A stretch of DNA of 38,022 nt from the NCBI GenBank assembly GCA_043775155.1, contig JAYVSR010000135.1:1-38022 (forward strand), in the 5' to 3' direction. A program made the position numbers and the translations under genes. The notes beneath the pieces are model-generated. The model did not search any database. It saw only the letters and a program-made list of their open reading frames with translations, and had not been told where the DNA came from. The stretch comes from Burkholderiales bacterium. Lineage in GTDB: Bacteria; Pseudomonadota; Gammaproteobacteria; Burkholderiales; JAEUOS01. Positions 37,183 to 38,022 of the stretch are shown here, piece after piece. Position 1 is the stretch's first letter; the number at the start of each line of letters is the position of its first letter.

Positions 37183-38022
37183 ATGAACATCACGCGTCTC
37201 GATGCTTCGTCGCCGGATTTTTCCGCGCGCTTGAAGACCTTGCTCGCGTATGCAGAGGATGCCGACGACGCCGTCGAGCGCGCCGCGCAATCGATTTTGG
37301 CTGACGTGAAAGCGCGTGGCGATGCCGCCGTACTCGAATACACCGCCAAGTTCGATGGCGTGACAGCCGCTTCCACCAACGATCTTCGCGTTTCGCCCGG
37401 CGACATTGCCAGCGCGTTGCAAACCATTCCCGCCGCCACCCGCGCCGCGCTCGAAGCCGCCGCCGCCCGCGTGCGCGCGTATCACGAGAAGCAAAAAGCC
37501 GCGTCATGGACGTACACCGAGGCGGACGGCACCGTGCTCGGGCAGCAGGTCACACCGCTCGATCGCGCCGGCCTCTACGTACCCGGTGGCAAGGCCGCGT
37601 ACCCCAGCTCGGTGTTGATGAACGCGATTCCCGCCAAGGTGGCCGGCGTGCGCGAACTCATCATGGTCACGCCGACGCCGGGCGGCGAGGCGAATGCGCT
37701 GGTGCTGGCTGCTGCGGCGATTGCCGGTGTCGATACGATTTACCGGATCGGCGGCGCGCAGGCCATCGGCGCGCTCGCCTACGGCACCCAAACCATTGCT
37801 CAGGTAGACAAGATCACCGGCCCCGGCAACGCCTACGTCGCAGCGGCGAAGCGGCACGTGTTCGGCACAGTGGGTATTGACATGATCGCCGGGCCGTCGG
37901 AGATTTTGGTGATCAGTGATGGCAGCGCCGCGCCCGGCAAAACCGTGATGGAGACCGCTGATTGGGTGGCGATGGATTTATTCAGCCAGGCCGAGCACGA
38001 CGAGATTGCCCAGGCGATTTTG
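37183..38022 (+). CDS. hisD: Histidinol dehydrogenase (3' end beyond the window)
   Basis: Absent from the ORF track because there is no stop. My translation from ATG 37183: MNITRLDAS...[22 protein letters not shown]...GGAQAI...GPGNAYV...IDMIAGPSE...DLFSQAEHD. Confidence 0.96.
   Translation, partial: MNITRLDASSPDFSARLKTLLAYAEDADDAVERAAQSILADVKARGDAAVLEYTAKFDGVTAASTNDLRVSPGDIASALQTIPAATRAALEAAAARVRAYHEKQKAASWTYTEADGTVLGQQVTPLDRAGLYVPGGKAAYPSSVLMNAIPAKVAGVRELIMVTPTPGGEANALVLAAAAIAGVDTIYRIGGAQAIGALAYGTQTIAQVDKITGPGNAYVAAAKRHVFGTVGIDMIAGPSEILVISDGSAAPGKTVMETADWVAMDLFSQAEHDEIAQAIL

Overview
GC-rich, betaproteobacterium-like chromosomal window with two conserved housekeeping arms pointing away from each other. 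The left arm (- strand) is kdsD-kdsC-lptC-lptA-lptB-rpoN-hpf-ptsN-(hprK start). The right arm (+ strand) is mlaFEDACB, a YadGH-like ABC pair, bolA/ibaG, murA, a SulP-STAS-cNMP transporter, hisG and hisD (partial). Between kdsD and mlaF sits a ~20 kb type IV filament cluster (6233-26092). It encodes an MSHA/T2SS-like machine: ExeA/MshM ATPase, lipoprotein secretin, TPR protein, GspE/PilB ATPase, GspF/PilC, PilMN-, PilO- and PilP-like proteins, two paralogous minor pilins and a stand-alone major-pilin candidate. It also encodes a PilGHI-like ABC module and a PrsK/PrsR-like sigma54 two-component system. The pilin gene has a clean -24/-12 promoter, a tandem enhancer-like site and its own terminator. 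One minor pilin carries a G11 tract (possible phase variation); the other has a triplicated prepilin leader. No PilT, prepilin peptidase, RNA genes, CRISPR arrays or mobile elements were seen. Several starts were moved from the ORF track to more plausible codons. All family assignments come from recalled motifs and synteny, not from searches.
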